Positions 1-16,129 of a DNA stretch of 64,000 nt are shown in pieces. Under the pieces are notes generated by a model that was not told the DNA's origin, made no database searches, and was given only the letters and a program-made list of their open reading frames with translations. Each line of letters begins with the position of its first letter. Position 1 is the first letter of the stretch. Source of the DNA: the human T2T-CHM13v2.0 reference genome, Homo sapiens; assembly GCF_009914755.1 (NCBI RefSeq), contig NC_060944.1. One strand, 5' to 3'. Made by a program: the position numbers and the translations under genes.

Positions 1-1120
<1,120 letters not shown>

Positions 1121-1121
1121 C

Positions 1122-2277
<1,156 letters not shown>

Positions 2278-2507
2278 ATATATATATATATGCGTATATA
2301 TACGCATATATACACATATATGTATGCATATATATATGTGTATATATATGCATATGTATGTATATATATCTGTATATATATGCATATATACATGTGTATA
2401 TATATCTGTATATATATGTGTATATATATACAGATATATATATACATGCATATATATGTGTATATATATACAGATATATATATACACACACATATATACA
2501 TATATCT
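2278..2507. repeat. (TA)n/(TATG)n low-complexity microsatellite
   Basis: About 230 bp of alternating purine-pyrimidine TA/TG/CA repeats. Confidence 0.95.
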
Positions 2508-2789
2508 CAAATAAAGAGACATTCTTGGGCAAAGGGGATTTGTCCCAGTGGTCTTGACAGTGCCACAAATCATTTTAACACTTTTGGGTATAGCCAGAAC
2601 CATCCTAGTGGTCTGAAACACAAAAGTGAGGCCCAGACTACTTAGGGAGATCAGGCTGGGTGCCAGAAATTAAAAGGATAGGAGCCAGAGACAGGTAAGC
2701 AGAAAGTTTACAAGAAAAAAAAATGGAAGATGAACAAAGACCCTAGGCCTCTGCCAGGTGGGCTGTGAGAGAAGAGGTTTCAAAAGAGG

Positions 2790-2936
2790 AAGAACTTAAG
2801 ATGACATTCTTACAGACAGACCCCTGGCCATTGCAGAAGCATTTCTGGGCTCCTTGGCGCCCCCCAGTCCAGGAGGCACTGCAGGACACAGGAGGCCTTG
2901 GAGCTCATGGGCACCAGAGCCCAGGCTTCCATGTAG
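2790..2936 (-). pseudogene. Degenerate WAP (four-disulfide core) exon relic
   Basis: After a CTCAG acceptor, two frameshifts give TWKPGL(C)-VPMSSKASCVLQCLLDWG(R)QGAQKC(F)CNG(Q)GSVCKNV, which follows WAP cysteine spacing. Confidence 0.55.
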
Positions 2937-3197
2937 CTGAGATACGATCTGGCACTGCAGTCCTCAAGGTCTTGCAGGGGCCCTCTGACCCCCGGTTCCA
3001 GCCCTGGGACACAATTGCCCTGCTACATGCTTCCTTTCTATAATTAAAGAAGGAAACCCTCAGGGCACCCCACTCCACCACTCACCTCTCGCCAGGGACC
3101 AGGTACCAGGGTGGGTGTCCTCTTCCTGAAAAAGAAAGGCTTAGATGAAGCAGTCCCTTGTGAAACAGGCAGCCATTAGCACCAGGGCCCAGCCTAG

Positions 3198-3910
<713 letters not shown>

Positions 3911-4033
3911 CATTTTTTTTTAAGCATTAGGTTGGTGAAAAAATATTTTGATTTTTTTTAAAACAAGCAAGCATTACTTTTGTGATCTTTTAAAACTGAT
4001 TGGATGAAAAAATGGAAAATGTAACATAAGAAG

Positions 4034-4453
4034 TGTCAGACCTCTGAGCCCAAGCTAAGCCATCATATCCCCTGTGACCTGCACGTACACATCCAGATGG
4101 CCGGTTCCTGCCTTAACTGATGACATTCCACCATAAAAGAAGTGAAAATGGCCTGTTCCTGCCTTAACTGATGACATTGTCTTGTGAAATTCCTTTTCCT
4201 GGCTCATCCTGTCTCAAAAAGCTCCCCTACTGAGCACCTTGTGACCCACCCCCCCACTCTGCCCTCCAGAGAACAACTCCCCTTTGACTGTAATTTTCCT
4301 TTATCTATCCAAATCCCATAAAACGGCCCCACCCTTATCTCCCTTCACTGATTCTCTTTTCAGACTCAGCCCGCCTGCACCCAGGTGAAATAAACAGCCA
4401 CGTTGCTCACACAAAGCCTGTTTGGTGGTCTCTTCACACGGACGCGCATGAAA
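4034..4453 (+). mobile_element. HERV-H 5' LTR (LTR7)
   Basis: TGTCAG...CATGAAA; about 14 substitutions and one 6-bp indel relative to the 3' LTR (hand count). Confidence 0.95.
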
Positions 4454-4455
4454 TT

Positions 4456-4473
4456 TGGTGCCGTGACTCGGAT
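4456..4473 (+). other. Primer binding site for tRNA-His
   Basis: TGGTGCCGTGACTCGGAT directly after the 5' LTR. Confidence 0.93.
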
Positions 4474-5060
4474 TGGGGGACCTCCCTTGGGAGATCAATC
4501 CCCTGTCCTCCTGCTCTTTGCTCCGTGAGAAAGATCCACCTATGACCTCAGGTCCTCAGACCGACCAGCCCAAGAAACATCTCACCAATTTTAAATTGGG
4601 TAAGCAGCCTCTTTTTACTCTCTCCTCCAACCTCCCTCACTATCCCTCAACCTCTTTCTCCTTTCAATCTTGGTGCCACACTTCAATCTCTCCCTTCTCT
4701 TAATTTCAATTCCTTTCATTTTCTGGTAGAGACAAAGGAGACACGTTTTATCTGTGGACCCAAAACTCCGGCGCTGGTCACAGACTAGGGAAGGCAGCCT
4801 TCGCTTGGTGTTTAATCATTGCAGGGATGCCTCTCTGATTATTCACCCAGGTTTCAGAGGTGTCAGACCACGCAGGGACGCCTGCCTTGGTCCTTCACCC
4901 TTAGTGGCAAGTCCCGCTTTTCTGGGGAAGGGTAAGTACCCCAACCCATTCTCTCTGTGTCTCTACCTCTTCTTTGCCTTTCTGGGGGGCAAGAAACCCC
5001 CAACTCCTTCTCCTTCACCCTTAGCGGCAAGTCCTGCTTTTCTAGGGGAGGGGCAAGTAC

Positions 5061-5265
5061 CCCAACCCTTATATCTCTGCGCCCCAATCCCTTATTTCCA
5101 CGCCCCAACCCCTTATATCTCTGCTCCCCGATCCCTTATTTCCATACCCCAACCTCTTATATCTCTGCACCCCGATCCCTTATTTCCGCACCCCAACCTC
5201 TTATATCTCTGTGCCCTGATCCCTTATTTCCACACCCTGACCTCGTATCTCTGTGCCCCAACCCC
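5061..5265 (+). repeat. HERV-H leader tandem repeat (about 42-43 bp unit, about 5 copies)
   Basis: Repeated CCCCAACC(C/T)CTTATATCTCTG..CCCCGATCCCTTATTTCC. Confidence 0.85.
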
Positions 5266-6260
5266 TTTCCCACTTTTCTGGAGGGTAAGAACCCCCGAAC
5301 CCCTTCCCTCCGTGTCTCTACTCTCTCTTTTCTCTGGGCTTGCCTCCTTCACTATGGGCAACGTTCCACCCTCCATTCCTCCTCCTCCTTCTCCCTTCCT
5401 GTGTTCTTAAGAACTTAAAACCTCTTTAACTTTCACCTGACCTAAAATCTAAGCACCTTATTTTCTTCTGCAACACCACTTGGCCCCAATACAAACTTGA
5501 CAATGGCTCTAAATGGCCAGAAAACAGCACTTTCGATTTCTCCATCCTACAAGACCTAAATAATTTTTGTGGAAAAATGGGCATTTTTCACACTTCGTTC
5601 CCTCCCTAGTCTCTGTTCCCAATACGATTCCTCCCAAATCCTCCTTCTTTCCCTCCCGCCTGTCCCCTCAGTCCCAACCCCAAGCGTTGCTTAGTCTTTC
5701 CAGTCTTCCTTTTTTCTACAGACCCATCTGACCTTTCCCCTCCTCCCCAGGCTGCTCGTCGCCAGGCCGAGCTAAGTCCCAATTCTTCCTCAGCCTCCGC
5801 TCCTCCACACTATAATCCTTCTACCACCTCCCCTCCTCACACCCAGTCCAGCTTACAGTTTAGTTCTGCAACTAATTCTTCCCTACCTGCCCAGCAATTT
5901 CCTCTTAGAGAGGTGGCTGGAGCTGAAGGCATAGTCAGGGTACATGTACCTTTTTCTCTATCAGACCTCTCTCAGATCAGTCAGCATTTAGGCTCTTTCT
6001 CATCAGACCCCACTAAACATATACAGGAATTCCAATATCTAACTCTGTCCTACAATTTAACCTGAAGTGACTTAAATGTCATCCTGACTTCTACCCTCTC
6101 CCCAGATGAACAGGAAAGAGTTTTTTCTCTAGCCCAATTTCACACTGATAACCGCCGGCTTCATGAACCTGACCTCCAGGAAGGTGTTAGAGCAGTTCCC
6201 CGAGAGGACCCCCAATGGAACTATAAGGCAGATTCCCCAGGTACAGCTAGGCGAGATTAC

Positions 6261-6815
6261 ATGGTTTCCTGCCTAGTTGAAGGGCTTAAAAAGGCAGCTT
6301 ACAAAGCTGTTAATTATGACAAGCTTAAAGAAACTACCCGAGGTAAAGACGAAAACCCAGCCCAGGTCGTGGCCCGCTTAGCAGCAACCCTTACACACTT
6401 TACCGCCCTAGACCCAGAGGGGCCAGAAGGCCGCCTTATTCTTAATATGCATTTTATCACCCAATCCACTCCTGACATTAGGAAAAAACTTCAAAAATTA
6501 GAATCGGGCCCTCAAACCCCACAACAGGAATTAATCAACCTCGCCTTCAAGGTGTACAGTAATAGAGAGGAAGCAGCCAGACGGCAACGCATTTCTGAGT
6601 TACAATTACTTGCCTCTGCTGTGAGACAAAACCCAGCCACACCTCCAGCACACAAGAACTTCAAAATGCCTAAGCCGCAGCAGACAAGCATTCCTACAAG
6701 ACTTCCTCCATCAGGATCTTGCTTCAAGTGCCAGAAATCTGGCCACTGGGCCAAGGAATGCCCGCAGCCCAGGATTCCTCCCAAGCTATGTCCTATCTGT
6801 GCAGGGACCCACTAG
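6261..6815 (+). pseudogene. HERV-H gag remnant (capsid C-terminus and nucleocapsid)
   Basis: ORF containing FITQSTPDIRKKLQK and the CCHC knuckle CFKCQKSGHWAKEC; the second knuckle CPICAGTH*KADC is broken by TAG. Confidence 0.9.
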
Positions 6816-6965
6816 AAGGCAGACTGCCCAGCTCGCCCGGCAGCCACTCCTAGAGCCCCTAAAGCTCTAGCCCAAGGCTCTCTGACCGACTCCTTCTCAG
6901 ATCTGCTCGGCTTAGCGACTGAAGATTGACGCTGCCCGATCACCTCGGAAGCCCCCCGGACCATC

Positions 6966-7220
6966 ATGGACGCCAAGCTTCAGGTAACTCTCACAGTGGA
7001 GGGTAAGTCCATCCCCTGTTTAATCGATACGGGGGCTACCCACTCCACGTTACCTTCTTTTCAAGGGCCTGTTTCCCTCACCCCGATAACTGTTGTGGGT
7101 ATTGACGGCCAAGCTTCAAAACCCCTTAAAACTCCCCCACTCTGGTCCCAACTTGGACAACACTCTTTTATTCACTCTTTTTTAGTCATCCCCACCTGCC
7201 CAGTTCCCTTATTAGGCTGA
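6966..7220 (+). pseudogene. HERV-H protease remnant
   Basis: LIDTGATHS aspartic protease motif, VVGIDG flap; stop codon after PVPLLG. Confidence 0.9.
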
Positions 7221-7229
7221 GATATTTTA

Positions 7230-8960
7230 ACCAAATTATCTGCTTCCCTGACTATTCCTGGACTACAGCCACATCTCATTGCCACCCTTCTCCCCAACCC
7301 AAAGCCTCCTTCGCGTCTTCCTCTTGTATCCCACCTTAATCCACAAGTATGGGACATCTCTACTCCTTACCTGGCAACCAATCACATGCCCATTACCATC
7401 CCATTAAAACCTAATCACCCTTACCCTGCTCAATGCCAATATCCCATCCCACAGCACACTTTAAAAGGATTAAAGCCTGTTATCACTCGCCTGCTACAGC
7501 ATGGGCTTCTAAAACCTATAAACTCTCCTTACAATTCCCCATTTTACCTGTCCAAAAACCGGACAAGTCTTACAGATTAGTTCACTATTCCCCTGCACCC
7601 CTCGTCCCAGCCTCTCTTTGCTTTCACTTAGACTGACCCTGACACCCATTAGGCTCAGCAAATTACCTGGGCTATACTGCTGCAAGGCTTCACAGACAGC
7701 CCCCATTACTTCAGTCAAGCCCAAATTTCATCCTCATCTGTTACCTATCTCGGCATAATTCTCATAAAAACACATGTGCTTTCCCTGCTGATCATGTCCG
7801 ATTAATCTCCCAAACCTCAATCCCTTACAAAACAACTCCTTTCCTTCCTAGGCATGGTTAGTGCAGTCAGAATTCTTACACAAGAGCCAGGACCGCACCC
7901 TGTAGCCTTTCTGTGCAAACAACTTGACCTTACTGTTTTAGCCTGGCCCTCATGTCTGCGTGCAGCGGCTGCCGCTGCTTTAATACTTTTAGAGGCCCTA
8001 AAAATCACAAACTATGCTCAGCTCACTCTCTACACCTCTCATAACTTCCAGAATTATTTTCTTTCTCACACCTGACACATATACTTTCTGCTCCCCGGCT
8101 CCTTCAGCTGTACTCACTCTTTGTTAAGTCTCCCACAATTACCATTGTTCCTGGCCCGGACTCCAATCCGGCCTCCCACATTATTCCTGATACCACACAT
8201 GACCCCCATGACTGTATCTCTCTGATCCACCTGACATTCACCCCATTTCCCCATATTTCCTTCTTTCCTGTTCCTCACCCAATCATGCTTGATTTATTGA
8301 CTGGCGGTTCCACCAGGCCTAATCGCCACACACCAGCAAAGACAGGCTATGCTATAGTACAAGCCACTAGCCCACCTCTTAGTACCTCTCATTTCCTTTC
8401 CATCGTGGAAATCTATCCTCAAGGAAATAACTTCTCAGTGTTCCATCTGCTATTCTACTACTCCTCAGGGATTATTCAGGCCCCCTCCCTTCCCTACACA
8501 TCAAGCTCAAGGATTTGCCCCCACCCAGGACTGGCAAATTGGCTTTACTCAACATTCCCCGAGTCAGATAACTAAAATACCTCTTAGTCTAGGTAGACAC
8601 TTTCACTGGATAGGTACAGGCCTTTCCTACAGGGTCTGAGAAGGCCACCGCAGTCATTTCTTCCCTTCTGTCAGACATAATTCCTCAGTTTAGCTTTCCC
8701 ACCTCTATGCAGTCTGATAACAGACGAGCCTTTATTAGTCAAATCAGCCAAGCAGTTTTTCAGGCTCTTAGTAGTCAGTGACAGACTAATGGTCTATTAA
8801 AAACACACCTCACCAAGCTCAGCCACTAACTTAAAAAGGACTGGACAATACTTTTACCACTTTCGCTTCTCAGAATTCAGGCCTGTCCTCGGAATGCTAC
8901 AAGGTACAGCCCATTTAAGCTCCTGTATAGACGCTCCTTTTTATTAGGCCCCAGTCTCAT
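7230..8960 (+). pseudogene. HERV-H pol remnants (RT, RNaseH and IN fragments; deleted and frameshifted)
   Basis: QYPIP...SPYNSP, PVQKPDKSYRLV, PVAFLCKQLD, and integrase-like VDTFTG and QSDN fragments with many stops. Confidence 0.85.
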
Positions 8961-9489
8961 TCCAGATACCAGACCAACTCAGACTGTGCCCCAAAACACT
9001 TGTCATCCCTACTATCTTCTGTCTAGTCATACTCCTATTCACTGCTCTCAACTACTCATACATGCCCTGCTCTTGTTTACACTGCCAGTTTACACTGTTT
9101 CTCCAAACCATCACAGCTGATATCTCCTGGTACTATCCCCAATTAGATGTCCTAGGTCCTCCCAATTCTTAGTCCTTTAATACCTGTTTTTGTCCTTCTC
9201 TAATTCCGTTTATTTTTTAATTCATACAAAACTGTATCCAGGCCATCACTAATAATTCTAAATGACAAATGTTTCTTCTAACAACCCCACAATATCACCC
9301 CTTACCACAAAATCTTCCTTCAGCTTAATCTCTCCTACTCTAGGTTCCCACGCCGCCCCTAATCCTGCTCGAAGCAGCCCTGAGAAACATCGCCCATTCT
9401 CTCTCCATACCACCCCCAAAACTTTTCGCCGTCCCAACACTTTACCACTATTTCATTTTATTTTTCTTATTAATATAAGAAGACAGGAA

Positions 9490-9903
9490 TGTCAGGCCTC
9501 TGAGCCCAAGCTAAGCCATCATACCCCCTGTGACCTTCACATACACATCCAGATGGCCGGTTCCTGCCTTAACTGATGACATTCCACCACGAAAGAAGTG
9601 AAAATGGCCTGTTCCTGCCTTAATTGATGACATTGTCTTGTGAAATTCCTTTTCCTGGCTCATCCTGTCTCAAAAAGCTCCCCTACTGAGCACCTTGTGA
9701 CCCCCACTCTGCCCTCCAGAGAACAACTCCCCTTTGACTGTAATTTTCCTTTATCTACCCAAATCCTATAAAATGGCCCCACCCTGATCTCCCTTCGCTG
9801 ACTCTCTTTTCAGACTCAGCCCGCCTGCACCCAGGTGAAATAAACAGCCACGTTGCTCACACAAAGCCTGTTTGGTGGTCTCTTCACATGGACGCGCATG
9901 AAA
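9490..9903 (+). mobile_element. HERV-H 3' LTR (LTR7)
   Basis: Direct repeat of 4034-4453, preceded by the polypurine tract; TATAAAA at 9767-9773. Confidence 0.95.
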
Positions 9904-10342
9904 AGAAGAATACTTTAAAAAAAAAAAAAAAAGCAGCATCAGCACCACCTGGAAGCTTGTTATTTATACAGAATCTCAGACCCACCTGAAACCTACTGCA
10001 TTGGAATTTGCATTTTAACAACTCTGGTGATTTGTTTTCTCATTTCACAAGTTGTAGTCTGTGAAAAATCAGGAGCTATCAGGAAAGGAGATCTACTCCC
10101 CTGGCTACTGCGAATCAAGGTTTCTTCTGCATCTACGACTGCTACCCATAAAATGTGAAATACCCTTCAGGAATCTATACGGCTCTAAAGACTCATAGTG
10201 AGATGTTAAGTATCCCTTTCTCCTTCCTAATAGCAGCCTATTTCCTTTCAAGGAATTCTCTTCCCCTGTTCTATGTCTTGTTGTGAGGGTTAATTTCAGG
10301 TGCCTGCTAACCCAAACAAGCCAGAGAAGCAATTCTTTTCTC

Positions 10343-10557
10343 TAGGTTCTCAACCAGGGGTGATTTTGCCCCCCAGGGGACATTTTGGCAACATCTGGAA
10401 ACATATTTGTTTGTGACAAATGACAGGGAGAGATACTGGCATCTAGTGAAAAGCAGCCGGAGCTGCTGCTAAACATCATATAGTACCCAGGATGGCCCCT
10501 CACAGCAAATAATTATCCAGCCCAAAATATTAATAGGACCAAGGCTGCGAAACCCTG
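10343..10557. mobile_element. MER20-like hAT DNA transposon
   Basis: GGTTCTCAACCAGGGGTGATTTTGCCCCCCAGGGGACATTTTGGCAAC...GCGAAACCCTG. Confidence 0.75.
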
Positions 10558-11459
10558 AATGAGTAATTACATATATTCTCCCTCTTTCAGGAAGTCTCAA
10601 TCTTGAGAGAAGGGGGAAAGAGAAATAGAACATCGCTGTCACAGCAGCGTCACTGTGACCCAACTCTTCCTGCCTAGATGACCTGCTTCCTCCCTCTTGA
10701 CCCTCCAGAGTGCTGTCAATTCCCTACCATGGAGCCCTAGCTTTGCATAAATCATACGAGCCCCAATTTCCTTCCAGTTCACTGTCATTTGCCCAAGTCA
10801 GCCAGTATCTTTCTGTTGATGGTAACCAAGAACCCTTACGCCCAACCATCCAATTAGAGGAGGGCTCCATTCCAGGGCAGGGCAGGCTTACCCAGCTGCT
10901 AGGCTAAGCACACACTTCAAGCATCAGCAAGTAACTGACAAGTTCAGCTTGAATGAACTTAACCAGAATTTGCAGTCAAGAAAACTAGAAAGAAACTGTT
11001 TTAATTTCAGTATAAGTGTTTCATTTTGCATCAAGTGATTTAAACAGTTCATTATTTGGGACCCTGATGTTCTGGGCCATCAGGTGGGGCAGGTTTGCTC
11101 TGGTTTTGAGTTTCAGTGCTAAGAAGGAAGAGGAAAACGAGAGAGAAGAGATTGAGTTGTTTATATTATCTGGCCTCAGGTGAGAGAGTACTGGAATGAG
11201 AAGCCTATGTTTAAAGGAAAAAAATATTAAAACTGGGAAAGTATTGAACATGGAAAGATGTAACCTATACAATGAAGTACAGCACAATGGAAGAACCTAA
11301 AAATTAAAACCAAGAATACATATATATATTTCTTGATATATATATATCAAGAAATAGCAATCTATCTGCAAGCCGAAAAGTGTTGCAGAAGGAATGGAGG
11401 CTTTGTCATCGAATACACCTGCTGGTTTAACCAAACTAAGATTGAAAGTAAAAACCTTA

Positions 11460-11705
<246 letters not shown>

Positions 11706-11959
11706 TCATGGAAAACAGGGCAAGCAATAGCTACAGAGTTCCAGAGCCATGTTAAATTAATAAATAAGTAAATATTTAAACATTGAATACCTTAACAATT
11801 AAAAATCATATCTATCTATTATATTGTTGAATGACAAAAGCCTATTACAGGATGATTCTACCTATATCGACATTTGCATATATGCATAAAGCAAGTCTGG
11901 AAGGACCTTCACAAGCATGTTAACAATGGTCACCTATGGGTAGGGAGATCTTCTTTGAA

Positions 11960-12303
11960 TTTTTTTTTTTTTTTTTTTGGTGCATTAGCGATCTTGATGG
12001 TTTCAAATGTCATCACCAGGGAATGATAAACGCTGGGGCCTACTTAGGGTGGAGGGCAATAGGAGAGTGAAGATTGAAAAACTACCTATCTGATATTATG
12101 CTGATTACCTGGGTGACAAAATTTTCTGTACACCAAATCCCCAAGACACACAATTAGTGCGTGTAACAAACCTGCATATGAATCCCTTTAAAGTAAAATA
12201 CAAGTTGAAAGGAAAAAAATAAAACCTCTTCAATCATCTTTCAGATAGCAATTTTTTTCATTGCTTCTTCAGTGTACATAAATATTCTTTTACATCATTC
12301 ACA
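11960..12303 (-). pseudogene. SNORD24 (U24) C/D-box snoRNA retrocopy with poly(A), split by two insertions
   Basis: Minus strand reads TGATGTAAAAGAATATT / TGCTATCTGAAAGATG / GTGATGACATTTGAAACCATCAAGATCGCTAATGCACC-A19, matching the U24 sequence as recalled; TSD CTTCTTTGAA at 11950-11959 and 12304-12313. Confidence 0.85.
12019..12220 (+). mobile_element. L1PA (older primate) 3'-UTR fragment inserted into the SNORD24 copy
   Basis: GAAAAACTACCTATC...TACCTGGGTGACAAAAT..CTGTACACCAAA..GTAACAAACCTGCA followed by an A-rich tail. Confidence 0.85.
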
Positions 12304-12451
12304 CTTCTTTGAACTTTTCTGTACTGTTTAAATATCGCAATAATGTTTATGCATCCTATTTTAAAAACAACAACAACAAATTAAAAAATAAAAAGGAGAA
12401 GGAGGAAGGTGAGGAGGAGAAAAAGAATAACAAAAAAGACTTGTGATCCTA

Positions 12452-15512
<3,061 letters not shown>

Positions 15513-16129
15513 TGATAAGCAGCACAAGATTATAGATTCAGACCCAGGCCTTACTCCGAAACCTGAGCTCTTGGCACCCTGGTAGCCAATGCGAAGATGG
15601 AAACATCAGCTCTAGAAAGCCCCTACCACAGAGTCTGGAAAGACAGACGATGCCCAGTAAGTTATTTCCCTGCCCATTCTCACACTAACTCAGAGGGAGA
15701 AACTTTTTCTTGATCTTGAGCTCCACAGGGAATTTGACCCTGTGGCTTTGTACAAGAAACACTAATACGACATAGTGGGTAATGTCCCCCATATCAATGT
15801 TACCAGAAATGAAGCAGCATGCCACATCATATGAAAACAGAGGGCATAATGTTAGGTCTTAATTTATTAAGTGCAGTTCAGTCGGGATCCAGGAGCTTAG
15901 ACAGCTGATAGCAAGCTTTCACTTTATCTTTTAGAATGCCCTTTTGCCCTTTTGAGTCTCTTGCCTGGAAATGGTCTATGACAGACCTCTGCTGCCCTCT
16001 GGTGGGCAGAGCATGAAGCACCCAGCAAAGAATTCTTTCCAGTCACATGGCCTCTTCTTTGTTTATATTGCTGAATCTGTGGGAAGCTGGGCTTCTCCAC
16101 ACAATCCCTTGAGGAGAAGGCTTAACTTG

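Larger units (their letters stand above)
4034..9903 (+). mobile_element. HERV-H provirus (LTR7-int-LTR7), internally deleted 5.9-kb form
   Basis: Two LTRs, 5-bp TSD AGAAG (4029-4033, 9904-9908), tRNA-His PBS, gag/pro/pol remnants, polypurine tract at 9477-9489. Confidence 0.97.

Noticed and set aside
2960-3000. EGPCK motif on the minus strand, in frame with the WAP relic
   Set aside because: No Kunitz W/aromatic residues or cysteine spacing follow; it lies upstream of the likely acceptor
5061-5265. Regularly spaced repeats superficially like a CRISPR array
   Set aside because: No unique spacers; a normal HERV-H tandem repeat in a human genome
4754-5418. 218-aa and 153-aa Pro-rich ORFs
   Set aside because: HERV-H leader tandem repeats, C-rich, with no ATG start or domain
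10600-10980. Unique sequence with a minus-strand GGTAAG donor and a small GTCACAG/CTGTGAC hairpin
   Set aside because: No open frame or domain pattern; within chance expectation
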